DNA of 64,000 nucleotides from the NCBI RefSeq assembly GCF_009914755.1, contig NC_060932.1, one strand, 5' to 3'. Below the pieces are notes generated by a model, which was given only the letters and a program-made list of their open reading frames with translations, made no database searches and was not told where the DNA came from. Positions 60,210 to 64,000 of this stretch are shown here, one piece after another. This DNA is from the human T2T-CHM13v2.0 reference genome, Homo sapiens. Positions within the stretch are counted from its first letter, which is position 1; the number at the start of each line of letters is the position of its first letter. Position numbers and translations under genes: made by a program.

Positions 60210-61458
60210 GGCATATTTCTCGTTTGTGATCTCCCTTTACCCTTGCGTACATACCCTACAGAGACAGTCCCAGTGTGCCTATTCCCAGTCAACTCCTGCC
60301 TTCCTTGACGGTTTTGTTGGCAAAGCATCAAAAGTAAGACCCAGTACAAAATGTAGTTGCTACCCTGAGGCTTGACCACTGGCCTACTGGCCTTTACCTG
60401 GGAAATTAACCAACTCATAAACAAACAAAAAAAAGTAATCATATAGGAGGCAGGGTGGACATAGATTTACTTGATATTTCTAGTTAAGGGACTTGGGCAT
60501 AGACATCTATAATCTGAGCCTCTGTTTCCTCATTTATAAAATTGGGTTAATAATGCCATACAGAAGTGTTATTAGCATGATAAATTAAGGAAAGCTCCTG
60601 GCCTATAGTGAATGTTCAATAGAGGAGCATTTCATAAGTGAAGCCACAGAAATGTGTTTCCAATTTCCATCGCAAAGGAAATTTTTAATTGGTTTTATCC
60701 CTGAAGCCAAAATATTTTAAGATTGCACTTATAAAGCTGATCACATCTATTAAATAATCATTCATTCGTCCAGTTATAAATAATCAAAGATAAAATGGTT
60801 AGAGGTTCTGATCAGCATAAATTAGCCAGTGTTACCACTACTAAGTCAATGAAGCCTAAAGCAAATCAAATAAACATTGACATTTCATTTTTGCCAGCAT
60901 GTATTTTGTGTGTAAATATTTTGTTAGGCTTTTGGAAATATTAAAAATGAAGTAAGAATCCCCATTTCTGCTACCATAGCCCCCAGTGCTCAAGTTCAGT
61001 GTCAGAATACACAAGCACCCGCCTTGGTAAAAAAAGAAAGGAGGCACGCAGACCACCTAGGCATGGGCTAGTGTATATTTATCCAATAACATATTCCTCC
61101 CCCACCTCTTCCCATGAGCCCTAATGTATGTGGTGTGGAGAGACTATATAGTAGGCAAGACATTATATACTGCAGGTCAAAAGAAGAAAAGGAAGATGAA
61201 ATTCCATCATGTATTATTCATGCATACAGTTAATCCTTCCTATTTCTGAAGGTCACTGAAAAGCCCAGATTATTGAATATTTATTTTTTAGTACAACATG
61301 AACGTTTATTTAGAATGACAAAAATCTCAAATACAAATTTCTAAGAGTTGACAAATCCCACAAACATTACCAAATCCAGAAAAATCACACAATAGTTTTA
61401 TCTACCACCTACATAATATTTTGTAGTAATAAACTTCCTAAAACACTTCAGTAATATT

Positions 61459-62161
<703 letters not shown>

Positions 62162-62194
62162 TGGCTACATACTCTTGATAATCTCATTGGAAAG

Positions 62195-62935
62195 ATTTTT
62201 TTAAAACAGCTTTATCAAGATCCAATTCACATACCACACAACTCACCCATTTAAAGAGTACAAATCAATGTGTTTACTATATTCACAGATTTGTGCAATC
62301 ATCACCACAGTCAACTCTGGAAACTTTTCATCATCCCCTAAAGAAACCCTATCCCCATTGGCGGTCGCTCCTCTTTTCCCTCCAAACCCCTCAGTCCCTG
62401 GCAAACACTAATTTACTTTCTGTTTCTACAGATTTGCCTATTCTGGACATTTCATATAAATGGAATCATAAAATATGTGGTCTTTGTGACTGGCTTCTTG
62501 CACTTATCATAATGTTTTCAATGCTCATCCATATTGTAGCATATATCAGAACTTCATTTTTTATTGCTAAATAATATTCCATTGTGTGGATAGGCCACAT
62601 TTTATTGATCCATTTATGAGTTCATGGACATTTCAGTTGTTTCTACTTTTTGGCTGTTAGGAATAACACTACTATAAAAATTTATGTACAAGTTTTCATG
62701 TAGCTGTTATGTTTCCATTTCTCTTTTCCATTCTACCTAGAGTAGAAATTGTGGGTTATATCGTGACTGTATAACTTTATTTCCAATCTGTTTTCCACAG
62801 TGGCCGCACCACTCTACATTCCTACCAGAGCAATGTATGAAGGTTCTAATTTCTCCACATCCTCACCCACACTCATTATTGTTTTTGTGTTTGATTACAG
62901 CCATCTTAGTGGGTGTGAAGTGGTAGATTGATTGT
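62195..62935 (-). mobile_element. L1MB-type 3' end
   Basis: aacagctttatcaagat..aattcacatacc...gatttgcctattctggacatttcatataaatggaatcata...cagccatcttagtgggtgtgaagtggta. Confidence 0.85.
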
Positions 62936-63597
62936 GTGACATTTTCTATGGGTTGAATAGATAGCCCAGTCTTTTCTCTAGCATGGTTGATCACAATTTT
63001 ATTATTGACAATTTAGGAAAATCCCACCCTCGCATTTATTACTGATAATAACATTTACACTTTTAATATGTTTTCAAATTTTGGAAGACCTCTCAAGTTT
63101 CTTTCATATATAACTGTAGGATTTCAAGGCATTTCATTTTTTATGCAATGATTAATATTAAATGCTCTTTTTAAAAAAAAAAAATGAGGCATAAGGGATC
63201 TTCCTAAGGTGATGCAGGTGTTCTATTTGGGTGATGTTACATTTGTCAAAACTCATAGAATTTTACACTTAAAAGCTGTGCATTGCTCGTATATAAATTT
63301 TACTTCAATAAAAGAAAAAACATATAATTTTGAATCAAGAGAAATGTTCCAATAGTCAATTCATTGTTTTAGACTGAAAGCTTAAGAGATATGTAGATGT
63401 GTGTGTACATGAAAGCACGCATGCGCTAATAAATCTGAAGCTGAGAACATCTTGCAAAAGGTAGAGGTGGAGAGCCACTTGGAATTTGTTTGGGCATTAA
63501 AGATAGAGGTGTTGATCCAAAACCAGAGAAAATACTTTTTCTTGAATCAAGTGTGTCTGAACATCAAAAATTTGACTACCCAAGTCTATCCTCATGA

Positions 63598-63907
<310 letters not shown>

Positions 63908-64000
63908 AGAAGATAAGTTTCTTATTCCTGGTGAAAGCTTAGGTAATTTACTTAGCTCTGGAAATAAATGCCAAGCAAAAAAAACAGAGATGGAAGGAAT

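Overview
Primate (human-like) genomic DNA; about half of it is recognisable interspersed repeats (about 30 Alus, MIR/L2/old L1 fragments, MaLR solo LTRs, a near full-length Tigger1, MER2/MER3/MER5A/MER33 and one MER85). A CpG-island promoter at ~58.1-59.4 kb appears to drive a minus-strand gene. Its first exon ends at a GCG|GTGAGC donor at 58377 and holds two strong-Kozak ATGs (MEDGRKERS.. / MEGRSAA..), so positions 1-58376 are probably one very long first intron. I could not name this gene. The only recognisable protein homology besides transposon remnants is a vexin (VXN/C8orf46) retrocopy at 46427-46770. It sits in a ~1.6 kb insert that splits a MER2 and carries older MIR/L1MC fragments. 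Other leads are a MER85 with a perfected palindrome, a 13-nt microexon candidate, a 138-nt cassette exon candidate and a nearly spacer-less inverted Alu pair. There is no CRISPR, tRNA or rRNA. Repeat subfamily calls and the VXN match come from consensus sequences recalled from memory, and old-repeat boundaries are approximate. I see no convincing new biological system, only testable candidates.
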